Source: an uncultured virus (IMG/VR IMGVR_UViG_3300021400_003815) (taxonomy: Duplodnaviria > Heunggongvirae > Uroviricota > Caudoviricetes). Taken from it: a stretch of 64,000 nt of DNA. The notes beneath the pieces were generated by a model. It was not told the origin of the DNA. It did not search any database and saw only the letters and a list, made by a program, of their open reading frames with translations. Shown piece by piece: positions 1-8,497 of the stretch. Position 1 is the first letter of the stretch; each line of letters opens with the position of its first letter. Position numbers and translations under genes: made by a program. The stretch lies in the IMG/VR virus record IMGVR_UViG_3300021400_003815. One strand, written 5' to 3'.

Positions 1-939
1 TGCGAAGTTACCTAACCAAGTATTACCATTTGGTCCTAATCCATAGAACTCAGCATCATTATTGATACCAACTACAATACCATCTGTATCATATGGAATT
101 AACCCCTGCCTCTGTACATCCTCAAAGTACTCAATAATCTCATAGATTTTATCCTCGAAGTTATCAGCCCCTAAATCATCAAACTTCTTATAAATAGGAG
201 TCTTAAATCCACACTCCTTGAGCTCTATAAACTCATCTTCAAGGCTATTGAAATGAAGATTGTCCAAATCATCACCAATGATAATCTTATAGCATACAAC
301 ATCTAATAGCTGCATCTCAGCTTCACTAGCTGACTCTCTAATTAATGATGTTACTGCACTTAAAGGATTCTTAAGTATATGCTTAACCTTTTCAAAGTTT
401 TCAAAACTTACAAGAGCCTCACCTCTAACCTCAAGAAGTTCTATATCTTTCCACTTGTCAACATATTCTGGCATAATGTTCTTAAGTGTTTTAGTTATGT
501 CTCTACCCTTCTTAGTTCTGCCTCTTGTACTTCCACCTACAAGCTTTCCATACCTATATACAGCTCTAATGGCATGCCCATTAAGCTTTGTGCTAGCCAT
601 CATAGTGTATCTCTTACCTGTTTTAACAAGAACATCCTTAAAATAATTAAGATCCTCAATATCCTTTATGGTATTTATACTCTTCATACCATAAACCTTT
701 AGAATATCATCATATTCTGTAAAGTCCTCATCTTCAACTTCCCAGTTTCTTGTAAGTATCAAACTATCTGGCTTAAGTTCACTAAGAAGTTTTCTGTACA
801 TATCATAAACTTCATCAGTTACTTCAGCATCTCCCATGCCAGCTGCATCCTGCAAATGTGCTACATAATTTTCCAGTGCATCCACATCAGTTCCAAATCC
901 AAGCTCATTCAGTTTATCCATAAGATTCTCATTAATCAT
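1..939 (-). CDS. ligA: NAD-dependent DNA ligase family protein, N-terminal part (runs off the window; absent from the ORF track)
   Basis: Manual translation from ATG at 939 (GAGG upstream), open to base 1: MINENLMDK...TDEVYD...MKSI...TKLNG (motif I)...STRG...GRDIT...EVRGE (motif III)...NP...YDTDGIVV (motif IV). Confidence 0.88.
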   Translation of the reverse strand, partial: MINENLMDKLNELGFGTDVDALENYVAHLQDAAGMGDAEVTDEVYDMYRKLLSELKPDSLILTRNWEVEDEDFTEYDDILKVYGMKSINTIKDIEDLNYFKDVLVKTGKRYTMMASTKLNGHAIRAVYRYGKLVGGSTRGRTKKGRDITKTLKNIMPEYVDKWKDIELLEVRGEALVSFENFEKVKHILKNPLSAVTSLIRESASEAEMQLLDVVCYKIIIGDDLDNLHFNSLEDEFIELKECGFKTPIYKKFDDLGADNFEDKIYEIIEYFEDVQRQGLIPYDTDGIVVGINNDAEFYGLGPNGNTWLGNFA

Positions 940-989
940 TTCAGTATTTCCTCAATCTTCCAAATAATAAATTTATTTTACACCATATT

Positions 990-1442
990 CTACTTAAGAG
1001 CTTCAGATTTAACCACAACTAACCCTCTTGAAGCATCAATAATTGCATCATTAGGTACATTACTTACAAAGGTAGCCTTAGCAATTCTGTACTTATGTGT
1101 CCTAATTTCATCTCTGTATTTACTGTACAGTCTATTAAAATCATCCTTGAATATCATTCTATCCTGAGGAGTAATACCAGCATTCTTAATAAGCATTTCA
1201 TTTCTCTTTGCAAGTGCTGAAAGCTTAGCTGAAGCAGCAAGGTCACTTATATCAAGATCCTTCTGTCCTACTCTAGGTACAGTAGCCATATCCCTTTCTT
1301 CTTCATCAGCCTCTTCTGACTCTACATCAGTATCATCATCCAATTCATTTTCTATATACATAGATAGTGTTAAACAATCAGGACACATATTGTTTACTAA
1401 AACAACATCATCTTTACCACATACCTTACATTTACCTTTCAT
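990..1442 (-). CDS. Hypothetical protein with N-terminal Zn-finger (CKVC...CPDC) and acidic linker
   Basis: ORF with two CxxC pairs; AGAGG upstream. Confidence 0.7.
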   Translation of the reverse strand: MKGKCKVCGKDDVVLVNNMCPDCLTLSMYIENELDDDTDVESEEADEEERDMATVPRVGQKDLDISDLAASAKLSALAKRNEMLIKNAGITPQDRMIFKDDFNRLYSKYRDEIRTHKYRIAKATFVSNVPNDAIIDASRGLVVVKSEALK

Positions 1443-1487
1443 AACAGTACCTCTTTATAAATCTATTTTTGTCTTAAGCTCTTAAAC

Positions 1488-2420
1488 TTACTTCTTTCTG
1501 GATTTTCTCCATATTATAGCATATATGTAATCATTACTATCTGCTATACTTGATATCATATGCTCTATAAGTACATTTGCATGAGATGTTGATTTAAACT
1601 TAAGTATTAATAATTTATCATCCTCACCCATATAATTGTATACATAGTTCTCAAATATTCCTCTTGAACCTATACTATAGAAAATAGCATCCTGCTTTCT
1701 AAGTACCTCAGGAACCTTAAATGAATCTATACACTCATAATACTGGTCTAAGAACTCATCATCAGTATCAGCTCCTATAAACTCTATGTTATATTTAAAA
1801 GGTTTAGCCTTTTTATGTGACTTTAATGCATCTTCATTATGCTCATTAGCTGCTAATCTTCCAACCCATGTCAATCCAAATGCATCCATTTCATCCTGAG
1901 TTAAAACCTCTAAGAAAGGAAGCATACTAAGTACTTTCTCACGTATAGCTTTCTTTTCTAACTCAGTATTACCTAACAATTTCTCATCAACAAACTTGCT
2001 CTTCCAACGCTTATTGTTTACCTCAGTGTACTTTATATGGTCAAACTTAGGTTCATTCTCTACTATAACCTCTTCTACAGTTGACCTAATCATAAATAGA
2101 ACCTTAGAAGCTTCAGCATATCCTATAAATGGCTCTTCATAAAATACATAGTCTGTATCAATTTCATTAAGAAGTTCTGTCATAAACTTTCTGAAATTTA
2201 CTTTATATCTTACAGCACTTTCACCACTACTTCTCTGCAACGCCATTGAAGCTACCATATAACCTGACTCAGCTTCAAGAAAGTTAATACCTGTACATGT
2301 ACTACTTCCATCAATGCCAATTATAACTTTCCTATTAATCTTAAACTCACTTCTATCTACATTCTTTATTCCTAATTTTCCATTTTCATCTGAATATATT
2401 AATCTACAAATAGCTTCCAT
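1488..2420 (-). CDS. RuvC-like (RNase H fold) Holliday junction resolvase with C-terminal extension
   Basis: IIGIDGSSTCTG, VFYEEPF, WK, and QDEMDA acidic motifs in RuvC order. Confidence 0.72.
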   Translation of the reverse strand: MEAICRLIYSDENGKLGIKNVDRSEFKINRKVIIGIDGSSTCTGINFLEAESGYMVASMALQRSSGESAVRYKVNFRKFMTELLNEIDTDYVFYEEPFIGYAEASKVLFMIRSTVEEVIVENEPKFDHIKYTEVNNKRWKSKFVDEKLLGNTELEKKAIREKVLSMLPFLEVLTQDEMDAFGLTWVGRLAANEHNEDALKSHKKAKPFKYNIEFIGADTDDEFLDQYYECIDSFKVPEVLRKQDAIFYSIGSRGIFENYVYNYMGEDDKLLILKFKSTSHANVLIEHMISSIADSNDYIYAIIWRKSRKK

Positions 2421-2425
2421 TTTAA

Positions 2426-3097
2426 TTAATTCTTCCTTACTCTCTCACCTAACATGATAGTAACTCTAAGTCCTGAGTTACTTCCAACAATTTCACAAGG
2501 CTCCACACTTGCTATTCTGATACCCTGTTCAACAAGATATTTAGAATTAATCTCAGTGAGGTCTGTCATTCTAACTGCAAAGGCCGGAAATGAAATCAAC
2601 CCTGATATACCATCTTTATCTACAGCTGTAATCTTTATTACATTATGATTTATCCTGCTATACAATGCTATATCAAATTTCCTTACACCCTTTTTAAAGC
2701 TCTTTAAACATAACTTAGCTAAACCCTCACAATCCCTATTGTATCTTTCATAAGGTCTTGAGTCTATCATCTTTCTTATTAGCTTTATATCATCATTTGT
2801 CTTAGACAACATTTCAGCTAAAGATGCAGTAATTGTTTTAGCTATGCCCATATCTATATCAAATATGTACCCATTAGCAACTTCATATACCCTAAATACT
2901 TCATCTGAGCCAAAACCCTCTTGGTCTATGTCTCTCCTAACCTGTAAATACCTCTCAATCTTGGTTTTGTTACTCTGATTGTTACTAATTATAGCATAGG
3001 TTGCTCCATCAAGTATCCTACTACCTATATCAGCACATATAATCTCAGTTATCTTGTTCAATGTTGCTTGAGACAATGTCTTACTTGAACCTGTCAT
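2426..3097 (-). CDS. Hypothetical protein
   Basis: 223-aa ORF with GGAGG RBS; no motif recognised. Confidence 0.7.
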   Translation of the reverse strand: MTGSSKTLSQATLNKITEIICADIGSRILDGATYAIISNNQSNKTKIERYLQVRRDIDQEGFGSDEVFRVYEVANGYIFDIDMGIAKTITASLAEMLSKTNDDIKLIRKMIDSRPYERYNRDCEGLAKLCLKSFKKGVRKFDIALYSRINHNVIKITAVDKDGISGLISFPAFAVRMTDLTEINSKYLVEQGIRIASVEPCEIVGSNSGLRVTIMLGERVRKN

Positions 3098-3249
3098 GCC
3101 AATTCCTCCAACTTATACACCTGATATTTTTTTCAACTAGTTATAAAAAATTAATATAATTTTAAAATCCAATGTTTTAAACTATATTACATAACCACTC
3201 AATGCCTATAAATAAACTCTTAATTTTAATCATTTTCATTATATATGAC

Positions 3250-3285
3250 TATAACAGTCACTAAAATTAATTAGTGCCTGTTATA
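3250..3285 (-). other. Inverted repeat downstream of the helicase gene (hairpin without a clear U-tract)
   Basis: TATAACAGtCACTAA ... TTAGTGcCTGTTATA. Confidence 0.5.
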
Positions 3286-3295
3286 AATGTACATC

Positions 3296-4846
3296 CTATT
3301 CATTAAGAGCTTCATTATCAAAGAAATCACCACAGGCGAAATTACAACCAGCATAAAAATCTTCAAATGCATCATGATGTCTCGAAACAACATCATAAAC
3401 CTTTATTTGTCCATTACTACGCTCCAACTTAGAACTAAATAGTCCTATTACTTCATCAGGAGTTCTTATTGTCTCAGCTGACTCACCACCAGCCGTTTCC
3501 TCAATAGTCTTTTCAGGATTGCTTCTAAGTTCATTTATAACTTCCTGCTTCAACTGAGCAGTAGCTATTCCCAATACACCACCAGGTATCAAATTAGCTA
3601 CAAAGTTCTTAAAACTTGTATAAGCTTCTCCAATTCTGTCTACCTTACCTCTACCTGTCTTACTTAAAACAAGCAAAGGGCTATCCACTACAATAACATC
3701 AAACTTATTCACATTTTCATAATGGTTCATTAGAACATCAATAAAATCTTCTATGTAAGCCGCTCCAGATAAGAATGTCAGCTTTCCTCTCTCAGGAGAT
3801 GCTAAAATCTCTCTAGCTGCCGCAACTAACTTTCTCTCTTCATCATTTCTATAGTCTCTAGTTACAATGTTTCTTCTATTTACTATAGGACCATTTCCTT
3901 CATTGCTATGCTTAATAGTCAAACTTAATATAATTCCTAACCATTCCTGAGGAGTACCCTCAAGAGGCCATATTGCTACATTTAATCCCTTAGCTAATGC
4001 TCTTTCCACCATGTAAGCTGTAAATGTAGTTTTACCACCCTTAGCTGGACCCATAATTTCTATCAGATTAGTTCTTCTTAAACCCTTAGCCTTTTCATCA
4101 ATTCTTGTTATACCATAATCAAGAATAACTTCATCTGTATTGCTAGGATCTTTATCCTTTGAGTTCTCGTCTGCAACCCAGTTGTCATCAACTTCAATAG
4201 CTATGTTAGCATTGTTATCATCAAGAGCTCTAATCTTCATCATCTGATTATTATAGTACTTGATGGCATCTTCTCTACCCTGCCAATGCTTCTTTCCGCC
4301 TCTCTTAAGTTCCTCATCAAAACCAGTACTCTGCATTATCATAGACATACTGTTAGCTATCTGAGTCATAAGAGCATTTTTATAGCTATTTAGATATATA
4401 TTACAAGCAGATTCAAACTCCTCTACACTTACTATGTTATTACTGAGTTTTTTCACTCTCTTAACCATTTCCTGAGTGAAACCCTCAATCTTCTCAGCAT
4501 CATCAACAATATTACCATTGCTAAGCTTAGTTACTGAGTTAGTATCTATAAAAGGACTCTTAAGTATATCAACAGCATTAGTGTCTATCAAAGATACTAG
4601 CTGGTCTATACTAAATAATTTAATCTTGCTCTCTTTATATATCTGGTAAAAGAAATAGTATTCATTAAAAAAGATGTTAATAGGGAATTTATTATCAAAT
4701 ATAGTTTTACATTGATTGTACATTCCCTCTTTCGTATCTGCTACTACCCTATCATCAATGTTATCTCTACATGCTAGCATAGCAGTAAATATCTTTTGTA
4801 ATGACTCATTAGTTCCAGAGTCAAAAGTTAAAATCTGCTGACTCAT
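3296..4846 (-). CDS. DnaB-like (SF4) replicative helicase
   Basis: Walker A GPAKGGKT, PLEG (catalytic Glu), Walker B VIVVDS, ATAQL motif, GESAE...DEVIGL, SRH near the C-terminus. Confidence 0.8.
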   Translation of the reverse strand: MSQQILTFDSGTNESLQKIFTAMLACRDNIDDRVVADTKEGMYNQCKTIFDNKFPINIFFNEYYFFYQIYKESKIKLFSIDQLVSLIDTNAVDILKSPFIDTNSVTKLSNGNIVDDAEKIEGFTQEMVKRVKKLSNNIVSVEEFESACNIYLNSYKNALMTQIANSMSMIMQSTGFDEELKRGGKKHWQGREDAIKYYNNQMMKIRALDDNNANIAIEVDDNWVADENSKDKDPSNTDEVILDYGITRIDEKAKGLRRTNLIEIMGPAKGGKTTFTAYMVERALAKGLNVAIWPLEGTPQEWLGIILSLTIKHSNEGNGPIVNRRNIVTRDYRNDEERKLVAAAREILASPERGKLTFLSGAAYIEDFIDVLMNHYENVNKFDVIVVDSPLLVLSKTGRGKVDRIGEAYTSFKNFVANLIPGGVLGIATAQLKQEVINELRSNPEKTIEETAGGESAETIRTPDEVIGLFSSKLERSNGQIKVYDVVSRHHDAFEDFYAGCNFACGDFFDNEALNE

Positions 4847-4879
4847 TAATTTATAACCTGTATCCCTCTCTAATTTTTA

Positions 4880-4926
4880 TGAGAGTATATAAACTTCATA
4901 AACTCTTTTCCGTCTATATACTCTCA
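4880..4926 (-). other. Inverted repeat between topoisomerase A and helicase genes
   Basis: TGAGAGTATATA (4880-4891) / TATATACTCTCA (4915-4926); no U-tract on the coding strand. Confidence 0.5.
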
Positions 4927-4935
4927 AATAATTGT

Positions 4936-7245
4936 TTATGCTTCTGTTCCCTCAGTATTCTCTGTTACATCAGATGTCTCATTCTCTGTTACACCTGCCT
5001 CATCTGTAACTTCCTCTTCTGCTTCATCAGTCTTTTCAACAGGGAACAATGGTAAATCCTCTCTAATCTTAATTGCATAATCCTTCATATAAGGTGTCCA
5101 GTCTAATTCATCATGATTAGGAACATCCTCAAACTTGATAATACCTCTTACGAAGTCATTACCTGAAACTCTAGTAGCTCTGAACTTAACCTTCTTGCCC
5201 TTGCTAAGAGCCTTAGCATATTCAAGATTAACAAGATTGGTCTTATCATGGTTAGTAAGAATAAAGAACTTATCCTCAAGAGTCACAAATCCGCCACCAT
5301 TCTCATCAAATGGCTCAAACAGACTCTGATACTTACTTCTGTTACCACTTACTAATGAGGTAGGAACAATAGTACCTTTACCATTTCTATATAATACATT
5401 GAAGCTTGTATCATACTCACCTGCATTGATTACATAGATTATATCACCTGTATCTTTTCTCTCTATCTTAGACCACAGACTCTCTTTGAACTTTGTTCTG
5501 CCTGAGTTATCAATCTTATGTACATCTATCTTATAACAGAATCCCTTATCAGTAAACACAAGTATCTTATCTGTATTTCTGCAACTAATTCTCCACTTAA
5601 TCTCATCTTCTGTATCATCAAGAAGATCCTCAGCATACAAGGAGTCCATAACATTTACAAACTTCTTAGCAAGACCCTTACTTGTGACTGCTACAACAAC
5701 AGGAATGTCCTCAATCTTTTCAGCAATCTTGTCATCTTCCTCTTCCTTACGTACCTCAGCGGCAGGAATAGTATGTCTTTCAGTACCATAAGTATTCTCA
5801 ATATCATCAAGCTGCTTAATCATAATTCTAATTCTGCTATTTCTGTTTGTTCTGATGTCATTATACTCATTAAGAAGAGCTCTTGACTCTGTAAGCTTCT
5901 TTAAACTTGCTAATAATCTATCCTGAGTAATACGTCTAATCTGCATGCTAATCAGATACTCAACCTGACTATCATCCAATCCATACTTAGACTTGCAGAG
6001 TGCCTTTAATGTATCCTCATCATTATTTACTACATCATTAACAAACTCCTTGAGTCTATCCTTAATTTTCTCCCAAGATGAAAGAAGATGCTCATTCTCA
6101 GCTTCTTTACCATACTTAAACTCATATTGTCTCTTAATAATTCCAAGACGCCACTCAATCCAATTCCTAAGTAACTCTCCTACTCCATACTCCTTAAGAG
6201 TTCCTGGCTGACAATCATCACCCATGATTACTCTAGTAATAAAGCTGATACTTGTTCTAAATGAAGTGTATCTCTGAATTTTAGTAAGAACTGTCTTTAC
6301 ATCACAGCCATTCTTAAGCTCAATAGTTATTTCAAGCTTAGCTTCATTAGTCTTAGGATTAAATCCAGATGAGTTAATAATATCCTTAATTTCCTTAATC
6401 TTATCTACAGCTGCCTCTTTAAGTTCTTCCTCAATCTTATCAGTTGTAGTATTGTAAGGAATTTTAGTAATAACGATCTTATTTCTTCCAATAAGAGCTG
6501 TACCTGTAATATTAAATGTAGCTCTACCAGTTTCAATGAGCTGAACAGCCTTTTCCATACTACCATGAATTAAACCACCAGTAGTAAAATCAGGAAGCCC
6601 AAGTACATCAGCTAATTCTTCTGATGTCTTAATCTTTCCAGATGCTAAACCCTTAGTAGCTTCACATACTGCCTTGAGATTATATCTAGGAATACATGTA
6701 CTAACACCTACAGCCACACCAGCTGTACTGTTTACTAGAACGCTAGGAAACTTAACAGGAAGTACTACAGGCTCCTCACCACTCTCATCAAAGTTAGGTA
6801 CCAAATCAATAGCATTCTCTTTAATACCATCAAACATTTCTCTTACAATAGGATTAAGAGATGCCTCTGTGTATCTCATAGCTGCTGGTCTAATGCTATC
6901 TGACCATACTCTACCAAATGTACCACCACCATGAATATATGGTACAAGTAAATCCTCATAGTCATCTGTCATATTTACAAGAGTACCATAGATAGAGGCA
7001 TCTCCATGAGGGTGATACTTACCCATTGTATCACCAACGATACGAGCACTCTTATGAGTCTTTCTGACCTTTCCATCAGTACCAATTCTATACATATTGT
7101 TCTCATGCATTGAATAGAGCACTCTTCTCTGTACCGGCTTGAGTCCATCTCTAGCATCAGGGATAGCTCTTTCAAGAATAGTCATTACACTATAAGGAAT
7201 ATAGTTTCTAAGAAATACATCCCTAGCATCAATATTTGCAACCAT
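4936..7245 (-). CDS. gyrA: Type IIA topoisomerase subunit A (GyrA/ParC family)
   Basis: RAIPDARDGLKPVQRR, KSARIVG, YHPHGD, catalytic AAMRYTE, PDFTTGG; degenerate beta-pinwheel CTD. Start moved to ATG 7245 (AAGGAG upstream). No GyrA-box seen, so gyrase versus topo IV is unresolved. Confidence 0.92.
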   Translation of the reverse strand: MVANIDARDVFLRNYIPYSVMTILERAIPDARDGLKPVQRRVLYSMHENNMYRIGTDGKVRKTHKSARIVGDTMGKYHPHGDASIYGTLVNMTDDYEDLLVPYIHGGGTFGRVWSDSIRPAAMRYTEASLNPIVREMFDGIKENAIDLVPNFDESGEEPVVLPVKFPSVLVNSTAGVAVGVSTCIPRYNLKAVCEATKGLASGKIKTSEELADVLGLPDFTTGGLIHGSMEKAVQLIETGRATFNITGTALIGRNKIVITKIPYNTTTDKIEEELKEAAVDKIKEIKDIINSSGFNPKTNEAKLEITIELKNGCDVKTVLTKIQRYTSFRTSISFITRVIMGDDCQPGTLKEYGVGELLRNWIEWRLGIIKRQYEFKYGKEAENEHLLSSWEKIKDRLKEFVNDVVNNDEDTLKALCKSKYGLDDSQVEYLISMQIRRITQDRLLASLKKLTESRALLNEYNDIRTNRNSRIRIMIKQLDDIENTYGTERHTIPAAEVRKEEEDDKIAEKIEDIPVVVAVTSKGLAKKFVNVMDSLYAEDLLDDTEDEIKWRISCRNTDKILVFTDKGFCYKIDVHKIDNSGRTKFKESLWSKIERKDTGDIIYVINAGEYDTSFNVLYRNGKGTIVPTSLVSGNRSKYQSLFEPFDENGGGFVTLEDKFFILTNHDKTNLVNLEYAKALSKGKKVKFRATRVSGNDFVRGIIKFEDVPNHDELDWTPYMKDYAIKIREDLPLFPVEKTDEAEEEVTDEAGVTENETSDVTENTEGTEA

Positions 7246-7384
7246 GTTAAACTTCTCCTTAAATAAAATCAAATTTAATTATTTAAAATATATCTAATAT
7301 TATAAAAATGCTAGTAAATCATTTAAAATCTACATAATTTTTAAATATAGTTGACATTTTAAATAAAAATACAATACAAAACTA

Positions 7385-7413
7385 AAAGGAGACTGTTATA
7401 CACAATCTCCTTT
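7385..7413 (-). terminator. Rho-independent terminator
   Basis: Minus strand AAAGGAGAttg...cagTCTCCTTT followed by TAGTTTT. Confidence 0.65.
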
Positions 7414-7427
7414 ATTTAAACTTCTAT

Positions 7428-8390
7428 TTACTTTATAATTCCCTGACTCTTAGCATTAGCTATAGCCATCATAACTTTTTTAGCATCTACCTGAGGTAAA
7501 TTCTCAATCTTTATACCTACACCTCTAAAGTATATCTTACTTGTCTCAGTCATAGTTGCCACAGTAATGTTCCGTATCTGTTTCTCTGTACATAATTGTT
7601 TAATATCTGATAACTTCTTAGCTACATCAGTCTTAACATTAAACTTAGTGTTTTCAACATCATTATTAATTCTAGTATCTCTAAGTATAAAGCCATAAGG
7701 TACATACTTACCTGTTCTAAGATTTTTAGCCATGATTCTATATGTTGCAACATAAGGTGCTTTAACTAAATCATCTACTATCTTATTTGCATCCTTAGGA
7801 CTCCATATCTTCTTGTTAGCTAAATCTGTTCTTTCAGACTGTATCTTCTTAATTTGCTTTAGTTCATATGTTCTGCCCTTAGCCTTACTATAATTAGCTA
7901 AACTTGTTATGCTAAACTGAGTTCTAAACTCATAAACAGCATCCATGCCTTTTATCACTTGAGGTCTATTTATATCTACTTGACCATTCACAACTCTAAG
8001 AAGTATGAAACAACTTCCATCAATGTTATGCCCATTTATTGTGACACCATATTTTGCACCTTTAGGTATTTTTAATACCTTATATGGTTCATTAGAACTT
8101 CTCATAGCTATATACATTTTATTATAATGCAATCCAGTTATCTTGATACGTCCACCATCTCTTACTCTGACATAATTATTAACTAAGTTTAATCTATTAG
8201 TAAATCCTAATATCTGATTATTACTGTATAATACTACATCACCAACGCCATCATAACTTGGTATACTAGCTTTTAATTCTCTCTTAGCTGCACTATCTAA
8301 TAATTTATACTTGACTACCTCTCTTACTTTAACAGCATCATTATACATTGTCTCAGGTAGTTTTCTGATATCTATATATTTCTTAGCCAT
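7428..8390 (-). CDS. Basic hypothetical protein between the topoisomerase subunit genes
   Basis: 320-aa Lys/Arg-rich ORF with AGGAG RBS, flanked by terminators. Confidence 0.7.
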   Translation of the reverse strand: MAKKYIDIRKLPETMYNDAVKVREVVKYKLLDSAAKRELKASIPSYDGVGDVVLYSNNQILGFTNRLNLVNNYVRVRDGGRIKITGLHYNKMYIAMRSSNEPYKVLKIPKGAKYGVTINGHNIDGSCFILLRVVNGQVDINRPQVIKGMDAVYEFRTQFSITSLANYSKAKGRTYELKQIKKIQSERTDLANKKIWSPKDANKIVDDLVKAPYVATYRIMAKNLRTGKYVPYGFILRDTRINNDVENTKFNVKTDVAKKLSDIKQLCTEKQIRNITVATMTETSKIYFRGVGIKIENLPQVDAKKVMMAIANAKSQGIIK

Positions 8391-8445
8391 AAATTAAACT
8401 CCTAATCAAATTCTAAATAAATATTAATTTTATCTAATAACACAA

Positions 8446-8473
8446 AAATGAATGTCTACAAAGACATTCATTT
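8446..8473 (-). terminator. Rho-independent terminator after topoisomerase B
   Basis: AAATGAATGTCT / AGACATTCATTT perfect 12-bp stem ending in a T run on the minus strand. Confidence 0.65.
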
Positions 8474-8497
8474 CCATGCATAGCTCTTATATTATTT

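Noticed and set aside
7351..7375. Plus-strand TTGACA...TACAAT possible promoter
   Set aside because: Spacer is only 13 bp and no plus-strand gene follows
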